Assembly: GCA_964035545.1 (NCBI GenBank)
Contig: CAXIUT010000097.1
Location: forward strand, 62,001-126,000
DNA: 64,000 bases
Source: Bugula neritina
Taxonomy: Eukaryota; Animalia; Bryozoa
Reading direction: 5' to 3'
A model generated the notes under the pieces. That model saw nothing but the letters and a program-made list of their open reading frames with translations. It did not search any database and was not told the DNA's origin. This document shows, piece by piece, positions 32,000 to 49,374 of the stretch. The position numbers and the translations under genes are program-made. Position 1 is the stretch's first letter. Each line of letters opens with the position of its first letter.

Positions 32000-34900
32000 T
32001 GCGATACACTGCAACATACTGCAACATACTAAAATATACTGCAACATACTGAAATACACTGCAAAATACTGAAATACACTGTAACATACTGAAATATACT
32101 GCAACATACTGAAGTACACTCCTACATACTGAAATATACTGCAACTCACTGCAACATACTGCAACATACTAAATTACACTGTAACATATTGAAATACACT
32201 GCAACACATTGAAATATACTGCAAAATACTGAAATACACTGCTACATACTGAAATATACTGCGACACACTGCAACATACTGCAACATACTAAAATATACT
32301 GCAACATACTGAAATACACTGCAAAATACTGAAATACACTGTAACATACTGAAATATACTGCAACATACTGAAGTACACTCCTACATACTGAAATATACT
32401 GCAACTCACTGCAACATACTGCAACATACTAAATTACACTGTAACATATTGAAATACACTGCAACACATTGAAATATACTGCAAAATACTGAAATACACT
32501 GCTACAACACTGAAATATATTCAACACACGGCAAAATACTGCAACATACTAAAATATGCTGCAATATACTGAAATCCACTGCAAAATACTGAAATACACT
32601 ATAACATACTGAAATATACTGCAACATACTGAAATATACTGCTACATACTGAAGTATACTGCCACACACTGCAACATACTGCAACATACCAGAACACACT
32701 GTAACATAATGAAATACACTGCAACACATTGAAATATACTGCAAAATACTGAAATACACTGCTATATACTGAAATACACTGCAACACACTACAACATACT
32801 GCAACATACGAAAATATACTGCAACATACTGAAATACACTGCAAAATACTGAAATACACTGTAACATACTGAAGTATACTGCAACATACTGAAATACACT
32901 GCTACATACTGAAATATACTGCAACACACAGCAACATACTGCAACATCCTAAAATACACTGTAACATATTGGAATACACTGCAACACATTAATTATACTG
33001 CAAAATACTGAAATACACTGCTACATACTGAAATATACTGCAACATACTGCAACATACTGAAATACACTGCAACACATTCAAATACACCGCAAAATACTA
33101 CAACATACTGAAATGCACAGTAACATATTGAAATACACTGCATCGCATTGAAATATACTGCAATGTACCGAAATATATGGTAAACTACTGAAATATACTG
33201 TCACACATTGAAAAACACTGCAACATACTGAAATATACTGCGACACATTGCAATATACTGTAACATACTGAAATAGGCTGTAGCACACTGAAATACACTG
33301 CAACTCACTGAAATATACTGCAACATACTGAAATACACTGTAACATATTAAAATATACTGCAACATACTGAAATATAGTGCTACATACTGAAATATACTG
33401 CAACATACTGCAACATAGTGAAATACACTGTAACATACTGAAATACACTGCAACATACTACAACATATTGAAATACACTGCAACACATTGAAATATACTG
33501 CAACACACCTAAATATACGGTAATATACTGAAATATACTGTAACACATTGAAAAACACTGCAACATACTGAAATACACTGCAACACATTCAAATACACCG
33601 CAAAATACTACAACATACTAAAATACACTGTAACATATTGAAATACACTGCAACACATTGAAATATACTGCAATGTACCGAAATATATGGTAAACTACTG
33701 AAATATACTGTCACACATTGAAAAATACTGCAACATACTGAAATATACTGCGACACATTGCAATATACTGTAACATACTGAAATATGCTGTAGCACACTG
33801 AAATACACTGCAACTCACTGAAATATACTGCAACATACTGAAACACACTGTAACCTATTGAAGTATACTGCAACATGCTGAAATACATTGCTACATACTG
33901 AAATATACTGCAACATACTGCAACATACTGAAATACACTGTAACATACTGATATACCCTGCAACATACTACAACATATTGAAAGACACTGCAACACATTG
34001 AAATATACTGCAACATACCTAAATATACGGTAATATACCAAAATATACTGTAACACATTGAAAAGTACTGCAACATACTGAAATACACTGCAACACACCG
34101 AAAAACACTGAAAATACTGTAACACACTGAAATATACTGCAAAATACTGAAATACACTGCTACATACTGAAATACACTGCAACACACTACAACATACTGC
34201 AACATACTAAAATATACTGCAACATACTGAAATACACTGCAAAATACTGAAATACACTGTAACATACTGAAGTATACTGCAACATACTGAAATACACTGC
34301 TACATACTGAAATATACTGCGACACATTGCAATATACTGTAACATACTGAAATAGGCTGTAGCACACTGAAATACACTGCAACTCACTGAAATATACTGC
34401 AACATACTGAAATACACTGTAACATATTAAAATATACTGCAACATACTGAAATATAGTGCTACATACTGAAATATACTGCAACATACTGCAACATAGTGA
34501 AATACACTGTAACATACTGAAATACACTGCAACATACTACAACATATTGAAATACACTGCAACACATTGAAATATACTGCAACACAACTAAATATACGGT
34601 AATATACTGAAATATACTGTAACACATTGAAAAACACTGCAACATACTGAAATACACTGCAACACATTCAAATACACCGCAAAATACTACAACATACTGA
34701 AATGCACTGTAACATATCGAAATACACTGCAACGCATTGAAATATACTGCAATGTACCAAAATATATGGTAAACTACTGAAATATACTGTCACACATTGA
34801 AAAATACTGCAACATACTGAAATATACTGCGACACATTGCAATATACTGTAACATACTGAAATATGCTGTAGCACACTGAAATACACTGCAACATACTGA

Positions 34901-37900
34901 AATACACTGTAACATATTAAAATATACTGCAACATACTGAAATACACTGCAGAATACCGAAATACACTGTAACATACTGAAATATACTGCAAAATACTGA
35001 AATACACTGCTACATACTGAAATATACTGCGACACACTGTGACATACTGCAACATACTAAAATACACTGTAACATATTGAAATACACTGCAACACATTGA
35101 AATATACTGCAATGTACCGAAATATATGGTAAACTACTGAAATATACTGTCACACATTGAAAAATACTGCAACATACTGAAATATACTGCGACACATTGC
35201 AATATACTGTAACATACTGAAATATGCTGTAGCACACTGAAATACACTGCAACTCACTGAAATATACTGCAACATACTGAAACACACTGTAACCTATTGA
35301 AATATACTGCAACATACTGAAATACATTGCTACATACTGAAATATACTGCAACATACTGCAACATACTGAAGGACACTGTAACATACTGATATACCCTGC
35401 AACATACTACAACATATTGAAAGACACTGCAACACATTGAAATATACTGCAACATACCTAAATATACGGTAATATACCAAAATATACTGTAACACATTGA
35501 AAAGTACTGCAACATACTGAAATACACTGCAACACACCGAAAAACACTGAAAATACTGTAACACACTGAAATATACTGCAAAATACTGAAATACACTGCT
35601 ACATACTGAAATACACTGCAACACACTACAACATACTGCAACATACTAAAATATACTGCAACATACTGAAATACACTGCAAAATACTGAAATACACTGTA
35701 ACATACTGAAGTATACTGCAACATACTGAAATACACTGCTACATACTGAAATATACTGCAACACACAGCAACATACTGCAACATACTAAAATACACTGTA
35801 ACATATTGGAATACACTGCAACACATTGAAATATACTGCAAAATACTGAAATACACTGCTACATACTGAAATATACTGCAACATACTGCAACATACTGAA
35901 ATACACTGCAACACATTCAAATACACCGCAAAATACTACAACATACTGAAATGCACTGTAACATATTGAAATACACTGTAACATATTAAAATATACGGCA
36001 ACATACTGAAATATACTGCGACACATTGCAATATACTGTAACATACTGAAATAGGCTGTAGCACACTGAAATACACTGCAACTCACTGAAATATACTGCA
36101 ACATACTGAAATACACTGTAACATATTGAAATATACTGCAACACACTGAAATATAGTGCTACATACTGAAATATACTGCTACATACTGAAATACACTGCA
36201 ACATACTGCAACATACTGAAATACACTGCAACACATTGAAATATACTGCAACATACCTAAATATACGGTAATATACTGAAAAATACTGTAACACATTGAA
36301 AAACACTGCAACATACTGAAATACACTGCAACACATTCAAATACACCGCAAAATACTACAACATACTGAAATGCACTGTAACATATTGAAATACACTGCA
36401 ACACATTGAAATATACTGCAATGTACCGAAATATATGGTAAACTACTGAAATATACTGTCACACATTGAAAAATACTGCAACATACTGAAATATGCTGCG
36501 ACACATTGCAATATACTGTAACATACTGAAATATGCTGTAGCACACTGAAATACACTGCAACATACTGAAATACACTGTAACATATTAAAATATACTGCA
36601 ACATACTGAAATACACTGCAGAATACCGAAATACACTGTAACATACTGAAATATACTGCAAAATACTGAAATACACTGCTACATACTGAAATATACTGCG
36701 ACACACTGCGACATACTGCAACATACTAAAATACACTGTAACATATTGAAACACACTGCAACACATTGAAATATACTGCAATGTACCGAATTATATGGTA
36801 AACTACTGAAATATACTCTAACACATTGAAAAACACTGCAACATACTGAAATATACTGCGACACATTGCAATATACTGTAACATACTGAAATATGCTGTA
36901 GCACACTGAAATACACTGCAACTCACTGAAATATACTGCAACATACTGAAACACACTGTAACATATTGAAATACACTGCAACACATTGAAATATACTGCA
37001 ATGTACCGAAATATATGGTAAACTACTGAAATATACTGTCACACATTGAAAAATACTGCAACATACTGAAATATACTGCGACACATTGCAATATACTGTA
37101 ACATACTGAAATAGGCTGTAGCACACTGAAATACACTGCAACTCACTGAAATATACTGCAACATACTGAAATACACTGTAACATATTGAAATATACTGCA
37201 ACACACTGAAATATAGTGCTACATACTGAAATATACTGCAACATACTGCAACATAGTGAAATACACTGTAACATACTGAAATACACTGCAACATACTACA
37301 ACATATTTCAATACACTGCAACACATTGAAATATACTGCAACATACCTAAATATACGATAATATACTGAAATATACTCTAACACATTGAAAAACACTGCA
37401 ACATACTGAAATACACTGCAACACATTCAAATACACCGCAAAATACTACAACATACTGAAATACACTGTAACACACTGAAATATACTGCAAAATACTGAA
37501 ATACACTGCTACATACTGAAATATACTGCAACACACTGCGACATACTGCAACAAACTAAAATACACTGTAACATATTGAAATACACTGCAACACATTGAA
37601 ATATACTGCAATGTACCGAAATATATGGTAAACTACTGAAATATACTGTCACACATTGAAAAATACTGCAACATACTGAAATATACTGCGACACATTGCA
37701 ATATACTGTAACATACTGAAATATGCTGTAGCACACTGAAATACACTGCAACATACTGAAATACACTGTAACGTATTAAAATATACTGCAACATACTGAA
37801 ATACACTGCAGAATACCGAAATACACTGTAACATACTGAAATATACTGCAAAATACTGAAATACACTGCTACATACTGAAATATACTGCGACACACTGCG

Positions 37901-40900
37901 ACATACTGCAACATACTAAAATACACTGTAACATATTGAAACACACTGCAACACATTGAAATATACTGCAATGTACCGAAATATATGGTAAACTACTGAA
38001 ATATACTGTCACACATTGAAAAATACTGCAACATACTGAAATGTACTGCGACACATTGCAATATACTGTAACATACTGAAATATGCTGTAGCACACTGAA
38101 ATACACTGCAACTCACTGAAATATACTGCAACATACTGAAACACACTGTCACATATTGAAATATACTGCAACATACTGAAATACATTGCTACATACTGAA
38201 ATATACTGCAACATACTGCAACATACTGAAATACACTGTAATATACTGAAATACGCTGCAACATACTACAACATATTGAAAGACACTGCAACACAGTGAA
38301 ATATACTGCAACATACCTAAATATACGGCAACATACCAAAATACACTGTAACACATTGAAAAATACTGCAACATACTGAAATACACTGCAACACATCGAA
38401 AAACACTGAAAATACTGTAAAACACTGAAATATACTGCAAAATACTGAAATACACTGCTACATACTGAAATATACTGCGACACACTGCAACATACTGCAA
38501 CATACTAAAATATACTGCAACATACTGAAATACACTGCAAAATACTGAAATACACTGTAACATACTGAAATATACTGCAACATACTGAAGTACACTCCTA
38601 CATACTGAAATATACTGCAACTCACTGCAACATACTGCAACATACTAAATTACACTGTAACATATTGAAATACACTGCAACACATTGAAATATACTGCAA
38701 AATACTGAAATACACTGCTACATACTGAAATATACTGCGACACACTGCAACATACTGCAACATACTAAAATATACTGCAACATACTGAAATACACTGCAA
38801 AATACTGAAATACACTGTAACATACTGAAATATACTGCAACATACTGAAATACACTCCTACATACTGAAATATACTGCAACTCACTGCAACATACTGCAA
38901 CATACTAAATTACACTGTAACATATTGAAATACACTGCAACACATTGAAATATACTGCAAAATACTGAAATACACTGCTACAACACTGAAATATATTCAA
39001 CACACGGCAAAATACTGCAACATACTAAAATATGCTGCAATATACTGAAATCCACTGCAAAATACTGAAATACACTATAACATACTGAAATATACTGCAA
39101 CATACTGAAATATACTGCTACATACTGAAATATACTGCCACACACTGCAACATACTGCAACATACCAGAACACACTGTAACATAATGAAATACACTGCAA
39201 CACATTGAAATATACTGCAAAATACTGAAATACACTGCTATATACTGAAATACACTGCAACACACTACAACATACTGCAACATACGAAAATATACTGCAA
39301 CATACTGAAATACACTGCAAAATACCGAAATACACTGTAACATACTGAAGTATACTGCAACATACTGAAATACACTGCAAAATACTGAAATACACTGTAA
39401 CATACTGAAGTATACTGCAACATACTGAAATACACTGCTACATACTGAAATATACTGCAACACACAGCAACATACTGCAACATCCTAAAATACACTGTAA
39501 CATATTGGAATACACTGCAACACATTAATTATACTGCAAAATACTGAAATACACTGCTACATACTGAAATATACTGCAACATACTGCAACATACTGAAAT
39601 ACACTGCAACACATTCAAATACACCGCAAAATACTACAACATACTGAAATGCACAGTAACATATTGAAATACACTGCATCGCATTGAAATATACTGCAAT
39701 GTACCGAAATATATGGTAAACTACTGAAATATACTGTCACACATTGAAAAACACTGCAACATACTGAAATATACTGCGACACATTGCAATATACTGTAAC
39801 ATACTGAAATAGGCTGTAGCACACTGAAATACACTGCAACTCACTGAAATATACTGCAACATACTGAAATACACTGTAACATATTAAAATATACTGCAAC
39901 ATACTGAAATATAGTGCTACATACTGAAATATACTGCAACATACTGCAACATAGTGAAATACACTGTAACATACTGAAATACACTGCAACATACTACAAC
40001 ATATTGAAATACACTGCAACACATTGAAATATACTGCAACACACCTAAATATACGGTAATATACTGAAATATACTGTAACACATTGAAAAACACTGCAAC
40101 ATACTGAAATACACTGCAACACATTCAAATACACCGCAAAATACTACAACATACTGAAATGCACTGTAACATATCGAAATACACTGCAACACATTGAAAT
40201 ATACTGCAATGTACCAAAATATATGGTAAACTACTGAAATATACTGTCACACATTGAAAAATACTGCAACATACTGAAATATACTGCGACACATTGCACT
40301 ATACTGTAACATACTGAAATATGCTGTAGCACACTGAAATACACTGCAACATACTGAAATACACTGTAACATATTAAAATATACTGCAACATACTGAAAT
40401 ACACTGCAGAATACCGAAATACACTGTAACATACTGAAATATACTGCAAAATACTGAAATACACTGCTACATACTGAAATATACTGCGACACACTGTGAC
40501 ATACTGCAACATACTAAAATACACTGTAACATATTGAAATACACTGCAACACATTGAAATATACTGCAATGTACCGAAATATATGGTAAACTACTGAAAT
40601 ATACTGTCACACATTGAAAAATACTGCAACATACTGAAATATACTGCGACACATTGCAATATACTGTAACATACTGAAATATGCTGTAGCACACTGAAAT
40701 ACACTGCAACTCACTGAAATATACTGCAACATACTGAAACACACTGTAACCTATTGAAGTATACTGCAACATACTGAAATACATTGCTACATACTGAAAT
40801 ATACTGCAACATACTGCAACATACTGAAATACACTGTAACATACTGATATACCCTGCAACATACTACAACATATTGAAAGACACTGCAACACATTGAAAT

Positions 40901-43900
40901 ATACTGCAACATACCTAAATATACGGTAATATACCAAAATATACTGTAACACATTGAAAAGTACTGCAACATACTGAAATACACTGCAACACACCGAAAA
41001 ACACTGAAAATACTGTAACACACTGAAATATACTGCAAAATACTGAAATACACTGCTACATACTGAAATACACTGCAACACACTACAACATACTGCAACA
41101 TACTAAAATATACTGCAACATACTGAAATACACTGCAAAATACTGAAATACACTGTAACATACTGAAGTATACTGCAACATACTGAAATACACTGCTACA
41201 TACTGAAATATACTGCGACACATTGCAATATACTGTAACATACTGAAATAGGCTGTAGCACACTGAAATACACTGCAACTCACTGAAATATACTGCAACA
41301 TACTGAAATACACTGTAACATATTAAAATATACTGCAACATACTGAAATATAGTGCTACATACTGAAATATACTGCAACATACTGCAACATAGTGAAATA
41401 CACTGTAACATACTGAAATACACTGCAACATACTACAACATATTGAAATACACTGCAACACATTGAAATATACTGCAACACAACTAAATATACGGTAATA
41501 TACTGAAATATACTGTAACACATTGAAAAACACTGCAACATACTGAAATACACTGCAACACATTCAAATACACCGCAAAATACTACAACATACTGAAATG
41601 CACTGTAACATATCGAAATACACTGCAACGCATTGAAATATACTGCAATGTACCAAAATATATGGTAAACTACTGAAATATACTGTCACACATTGAAAAA
41701 TACTGCAACATACTGAAATATACTGCGACACATTGCAATATACTGTAACATACTGAAATATGCTGTAGCACACTGAAATACACTGCAACATACTGAAATA
41801 CACTGTAACATATTAAAATATACTGCAACATACTGAAATACACTGCAGAATACCGAAATACACTGTAACATACTGAAATATACTGCAAAATACTGAAATA
41901 CACTGCTACATACTGAAATATACTGCGACACACTGTGACATACTGCAACATACTAAAATACACTGTAACATATTGAAATACACTGCAACACATTGAAATA
42001 TACTGCAATGTACCGAAATATATGGTAAACTACTGAAATATACTGTCACACATTGAAAAATACTGCAACATACTGAAATATACTGCGACACATTGCAATA
42101 TACTGTAACATACTGAAATATGCTGTAGCACACTGAAATACACTGCAACTCACTGAAATATACTGCAACATACTGAAACACACTGTAACCTATTGAAATA
42201 TACTGCAACATACTGAAATACATTGCTACATACTGAAATATACTGCAACATACTGCAACATACTGAAGGACACTGTAACATACTGATATACCCTGCAACA
42301 TACTACAACATATTGAAAGACACTGCAACACATTGAAATATACTGCAACATACCTAAATATACGGTAATATACCAAAATATACTGTAACACATTGAAAAG
42401 TACTGCAACATACTGAAATACACTGCAACACACCGAAAAACACTGAAAATACTGTAACACACTGAAATATACTGCAAAATACTGAAATACACTGCTACAT
42501 ACTGAAATACACTGCAACACACTACAACATACTGCAACATACTAAAATATACTGCAACATACTGAAATACACTGCAAAATACTGAAATACACTGTAACAT
42601 ACTGAAGTATACTGCAACATACTGAAATACACTGCTACATACTGAAATATACTGCAACACACAGCAACATACTGCAACATACTAAAATACACTGTAACAT
42701 ATTGGAATACACTGCAACACATTGAAATATACTGCAAAATACTGAAATATACTGCGACATACCTAAATATACGATAATATACTGAAATATACTCTAACAC
42801 ATTGAAAAACACTGCAACATACTGAAATACACTGCAACACATTCAAATACACCGCAAAATACTACAACATACTGAAATACACTGTAACACACTGAAATAT
42901 ACTGCAAAATACTGAAATACACTGCTACATACTGAAATATACTGCAACACACTGCGACATACTGCAACAAACTAAAATACACTGTAACATATTGAAATAC
43001 ACTGCAACACATTGAAATATACTGCAATGTACCGAAATATATGGTAAACTACTGAAATATACTGTCACACATTGAAAAATACTGCAACATACTGAAATAT
43101 ACTGCGACACATTGCAATATACTGTAACATACTGAAATATGCTGTAGCACACTGAAATACACTGCAACATACTGAAATACACTGTAACGTATTAAAATAT
43201 ACTGCAACATACTGAAATACACTGCAGAATACCGAAATACACTGTAACATACTGAAATATACTGCAAAATACTGAAATACACTGCTACATACTGAAATAT
43301 ACTGCGACACACTGCGACATACTGCAACATACTAAAATACACTGTAACATATTGAAACACACTGCAACACATTGAAATATACTGCAATGTACCGAAATAT
43401 ATGGTAAACTACTGAAATATACTGTCACACATTGAAAAATACTGCAACATACTGAAATGTACTGCGACACATTGCAATATACTGTAACATACTGAAATAT
43501 GCTGTAGCACACTGAAATACACTGCAACTCACTGAAATATACTGCAACATACTGAAACACACTGTAACATATTGAAATATACTGCAACATACTGAAATAC
43601 ATTGCTACATACTGAAATATACTGCAACATACTGCAACATACTGAAATACACTGTAACATACTGAAATACGCTGCAACATACTACAACATATTGAAAGAC
43701 ACTGCAACACAGTGAAATATACTGCAACATACCTAAATATACGGCAACATACCAAAATACACTGTAACACATTGAAAAATACTGCAACATACTGAAATAC
43801 ACTGCAACACATCGAAAAACACTGAAAATACTGTAAAACACTGAAATATACTGCAAAATACTGAAATACACTGCTACATACTGAAATATACTGCGACACA

Positions 43901-46900
43901 CTGCAACATACTGCAACATACTAAAATATACTGCAACATACTGAAATACACTGCAAAATACTGAAATACACTGTAACATACTGAAATATACTGCAACATA
44001 CTGAAGTACACTCCTACATACTGAAATATACTGCAACTCACTGCAACATACTGCAACATACTAAATTACACTGTAACATATTGAAATACACTGCAACACA
44101 TTGAAATATACTGCAAAATACTGAAATACACTGCTACATACTGAAATATACTGCGACACACTGCAACATACTGCAACATACTAAAATATACTGCAACATA
44201 CTGAAATACACTGCAAAATACTGAAATACACTGTAACATACTGAAATATACTGCAACATACTGAAATATACTGCTACATACTGAAATATACTGCCACACA
44301 CTGCAACATACTGCAACATACCAGAACACACTGTAACATAATGAAATACACTGCAACACATTGAAATATACTGCAAAATACTGAAATACACTGCTATATA
44401 CTGAAATACACTGCAACACACTACAACATACTGCAACATACGAAAATATACTGCAACATACTGAAATACACTGCAAAATACTGAAATACACTGTAACATA
44501 CTGAAGTATACTGCAACATACTGAAATACACTGCTACATACTGAAATATACTGCAACACACAGCAACATACTGCAACATCCTAAAATACACTGTAACATA
44601 TTGGAATACACTGCAACACATTAATTATACTGCAAAATACTGAAATACACTGCTACATACTGAAATATACTGCAACATACTGCAACATACTGAAATACAC
44701 TGCAACACATTCAAATACACCGCAAAATACTACAACATACTGAAATGCACAGTAACATATTGAAATACACTGCAACGCATTGAAATATACTGCAATGTAC
44801 CGAAATATATGGTAAACTACTGAAATATACTGTCACACATTGAAAAACACTGCAACATACTAAAATATACTGCAACATACTGAAATACACTGCAAAATAC
44901 TGAAATACACTGTAACATACTGAAGTATACTGCAACATACTGAAATACACTGCTACATACTGAAATATACTGCGACACATTGCAATATACTGTAACATAC
45001 TGAAATAGGCTGTAGCACACTGAAATACACTGCAACTCACTGTAATATACTGCAACATACTGAAATACACTGTAACATATTAAAATATACTGCAACATAC
45101 TGAAATATAGTGCTACATACTGAAATATACTGCAACATACTGCAACATAGTGAAATACACTGTAACATACTGAAATACACTGCAACATACTACAACATAT
45201 TGAAATACACTGCAACACATTGAAATATACTGCAACACACCTAAATATACGGTAATATACTGAAATATACTGTAACACATTGAAAAATACTGCAACATAC
45301 TGAAATATACTGCGACACATTGCAATATACTGTAACATACTGAAATATGCTGTAGCACACTGAAATACACTGCAACATACTGAAATACACTGTAACATAT
45401 TAAAATATACTGCAACATACTGAAATACACTGCAGAATACCGAAATACACTGTAACATACTGAAATATACTGCAAAATACTGAAATACACTGCTACATAC
45501 TGAAATATACTGCGACACACTGTGACATACTGCAACATACTAAAATACACTGTAACATATTGAAATACACTGCAACACATTGAAATATACTGCAATGTAC
45601 CGAAATATATGGTAAACTACTGAAATATACTGTCACACATTGAAAAATACTGCAACATACTGAAATATACTGCGGCACATTGCAATATACTGTAACATAC
45701 TGAAATATGCTGTAGCACACTGAAATACACTGCAACTCACTGAAATATACTGCAACATACTGAAACACACTGTAACCTATTGAAATATACTGCAACATAC
45801 TGAAATACATTGCTACATACTGAAATATACTGCAACATACTGCAACATACTGAAATACACTGTAACATACTGATATACCCTGCAACATACTACAACATAT
45901 TGAAAGACACTGCAACACATTGAAATATACTGCAACATACCTAAATATACGGTAATATACCAAAATATACTGTAACACATTGAAAAGTACTGCAACATAC
46001 TGAAATACACTGCAACACACCGAAAAACACTGAAAATACTGTAACACACTGAAATATACTGCAAAATACTGAAATACACTGCTACATACTGAAATACACT
46101 GCAACACACTACAACATACTGCAACATACTAAAATATACTGCAACATACTGAAATACACTGCAAAATACTGAAATACACTGTAACATACTGAAGTATACT
46201 GCAACATACTGAAATACACTGCTACATACTGAAATATACTGCAACACACAGCAACATACTGCAACATACTAAAATACACTGTAACATATTGGAATACACT
46301 GCAACACATTGAAATATACTGCAAAATACTGAAATACACTGCTACATACTGAAATATACTGCAACATACTGCAACATACTGAAATACACTGCAACACATT
46401 CAAATACACCGCAAAATACTACAACATACTGAAATGCACTGTAACATATTGAAATACACTGTAACATATTAAAATATACGGCAACATACTGAAATATACT
46501 GCGACACATTGCAATATACTGTAACATACTGAAATAGGCTGTAGCACACTGAAATACACTGCAACTCACTGAAATATACTGCAACATACTGAAATACACT
46601 GTAACATATTGAAATATACTGCAACACACTGAAATATAGTGCTACATACTGAAATATACTGCTACATACTGAAATACACTGCAACATACTGCAACATACT
46701 GAAATACACTGCAACACATTGAAATATACTGCAACATACCTAAATATACGGTAATATACTGAAAAATACTGTAACACATTGAAAAACACTGCAACATACT
46801 GAAATACACTGCAACACATTCAAATACACCGCAAAATACTACAACATACTGAAATGCACTGTAACATATTGAAATACACTGCAACACATTGAAATATACT

Positions 46901-48990
46901 GCAATGTACCGAAATATATGGTAAACTACTGAAATATACTGTCACACATTGAAAAATACTGCAACATACTGAAATATACTGCGACACATTGCAATATACT
47001 GTAACATACTGAAATATGCTGTAGCACACTGAAATACACTGCAACATACTGAAATACACTGTAACATATTAAAATATACTGCAACATACTGAAATACACT
47101 GCAGAATACCGAAATACACTGTAACATACTGAAATATACTGCAAAATACTGAAATACACTGCTACATACTGAAATATACTGCGACACACTGCGACATACT
47201 GCAACATACTAAAATACACTGTAACATATTGAAACACACTGCAACACATTGAAATATACTGCAATGTACCGAATTATATGGTAAACTACTGAAATATACT
47301 CTAACACATTGAAAAACACTGCAACATACTGAAATATACTGCGGCACATTGCAATATACTGTAACATACTGAAATATGCTGTAGCACACTGAAATACACT
47401 GCAACTCACTGAAATATACTGCAACATACTGAAACACACTGTAACATATTGAAATACACTGCAACACATTGAAATATACTGCAATGTACCGAAATATATG
47501 GTAAACTACTGAAATATACTGTCACACATTGAAAAATACTGCAACATACTGAAATATACTGCGACACATTGCAATATACTGTAACATACTGAAATAGGCT
47601 GTAGCACACTGAAATACACTGCAACTCACTGAAATATACTGCAACATACTGAAATACACTGTAACATATTGAAATATACTGCAACACACTGAAATATAGT
47701 GCTACATACTGAAATATACTGCAACATACTGCAACATAGTGAAATACACTGTAACATACTGAAATACACTGCAACATACTACAACATATTTCAATACACT
47801 GCAACACATTGAAATATACTGCAACATACCTAAATATACGATAATATACTGAAATATACTCTAACACATTGAAAAACACTGCAACATACTGAAATACACT
47901 GCAACACATTCAAATACACCGCAAAATACTACAACATACTGAAATACACTGTAACACACTGAAATATACTGCAAAATACTGAAATACACTGCTACATACT
48001 GAAATATACTGCAACACACTGCGACATACTGCAACATACTAAAATACACTGTAACATATTGAAATACACTGCAACACATTGAAATATACTGCAATGTACC
48101 GAAATATATGGTAAACTACTGAAATATACTGTCACACATTGAAAAATACTGCAACATACTGAAATATACTGCGACACATTGCAATATACTGTAACATACT
48201 GAAATATGCTGTAGCACACTGAAATACACTGCAACATACTGAAATACACTGTAACGTATTAAAATATACTGCAACATACTGAAATACACTGCAGAATACC
48301 GAAATACACTGTAACATACTGAAATATACTGCAAAATACTGAAATACACTGCTACATACTGAAATATACTGCGACACACTGCGACATACTGCAACATACT
48401 AAAATACACTGTAACATATTGAAACACACTGCAACACATTGAAATATACTGCAATGTACCGAAATATATGGTAAACTACTGAAATATACTGTCACACATT
48501 GAAAAATACTGCAACATACTGAAATGTACTGCGACACATTGCAATATACTGTAACATACTGAAATATGCTGTAGCACACTGAAATACACTGCAACTCACT
48601 GAAATATACTGCAACATACTGAAACACACTGTAACATATTGAAATATACTGCAACATACTGAAATACATTGCTACATACTGAAATATACTGCAACATACT
48701 GCAACATACTGAAATACACTGTAACATACTGAAATACGCTGCAACATACTACAACATATTGAAAGACACTGCAACACAGTGAAATATACTGCAACATACC
48801 TAAATATACGGCAACATACCAAAATACACTGTAACACATTGAAAAATACTGCAACATACTGAAATACACTGCAACACATCGAAAAACACTGAAAATACTG
48901 TAAAACACTGAAATATACTGCAAAATACTGAAATACACTGCTACATACTGAAATATACTGCGACACACTGCAACATACTGCAACATACTA
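32000..48990 (+). repeat. Three tandem copies of a ~5-6.5 kb super-unit with copy-specific insertions/deletions; nested 1439-bp duplication
   Basis: Copy 1 to 2 offsets step 6476 (32502/38978), 6536 (33079/39615), 6896 (33891/40787, 35010/41906), 5416 (37378/42794, 37869/43285). Copy 1 to 3 offset is 10483 (35010/45493, 37869/48352). The nested offset is 1439 (40467/41906). Markers: CAACATCCT, GCACAGTAAC, GATATACCCTG, GAAGGACAC. Confidence 0.85.
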
Positions 48991-49374
48991 AAGTAAACTG
49001 CAACATACTGAAATACACTGTAAAATACTGAAATACACTGTAACATACTGAAGTATACTGCAACATACTGAAATACACTGCTACATACTGAAATATACTG
49101 CAACACACAGCAACATACTGCAACATACTAAAATACACTGTAACATATTGGAATACACTGCAACACATTGAAATATACTGCAAAATACTGAAATACACTG
49201 CTACATACTGAAATATACGGCAACATACTGCAACATACTGAAATACACTGCAACACATTCAAATACACCGCAAAATACTACAACATACTGAAATACACTG
49301 CAAGACATTGAAATATACTGCAACATACCTAAATATACGGTAATATACTGAAATATACTGTAACACATTGAAAT

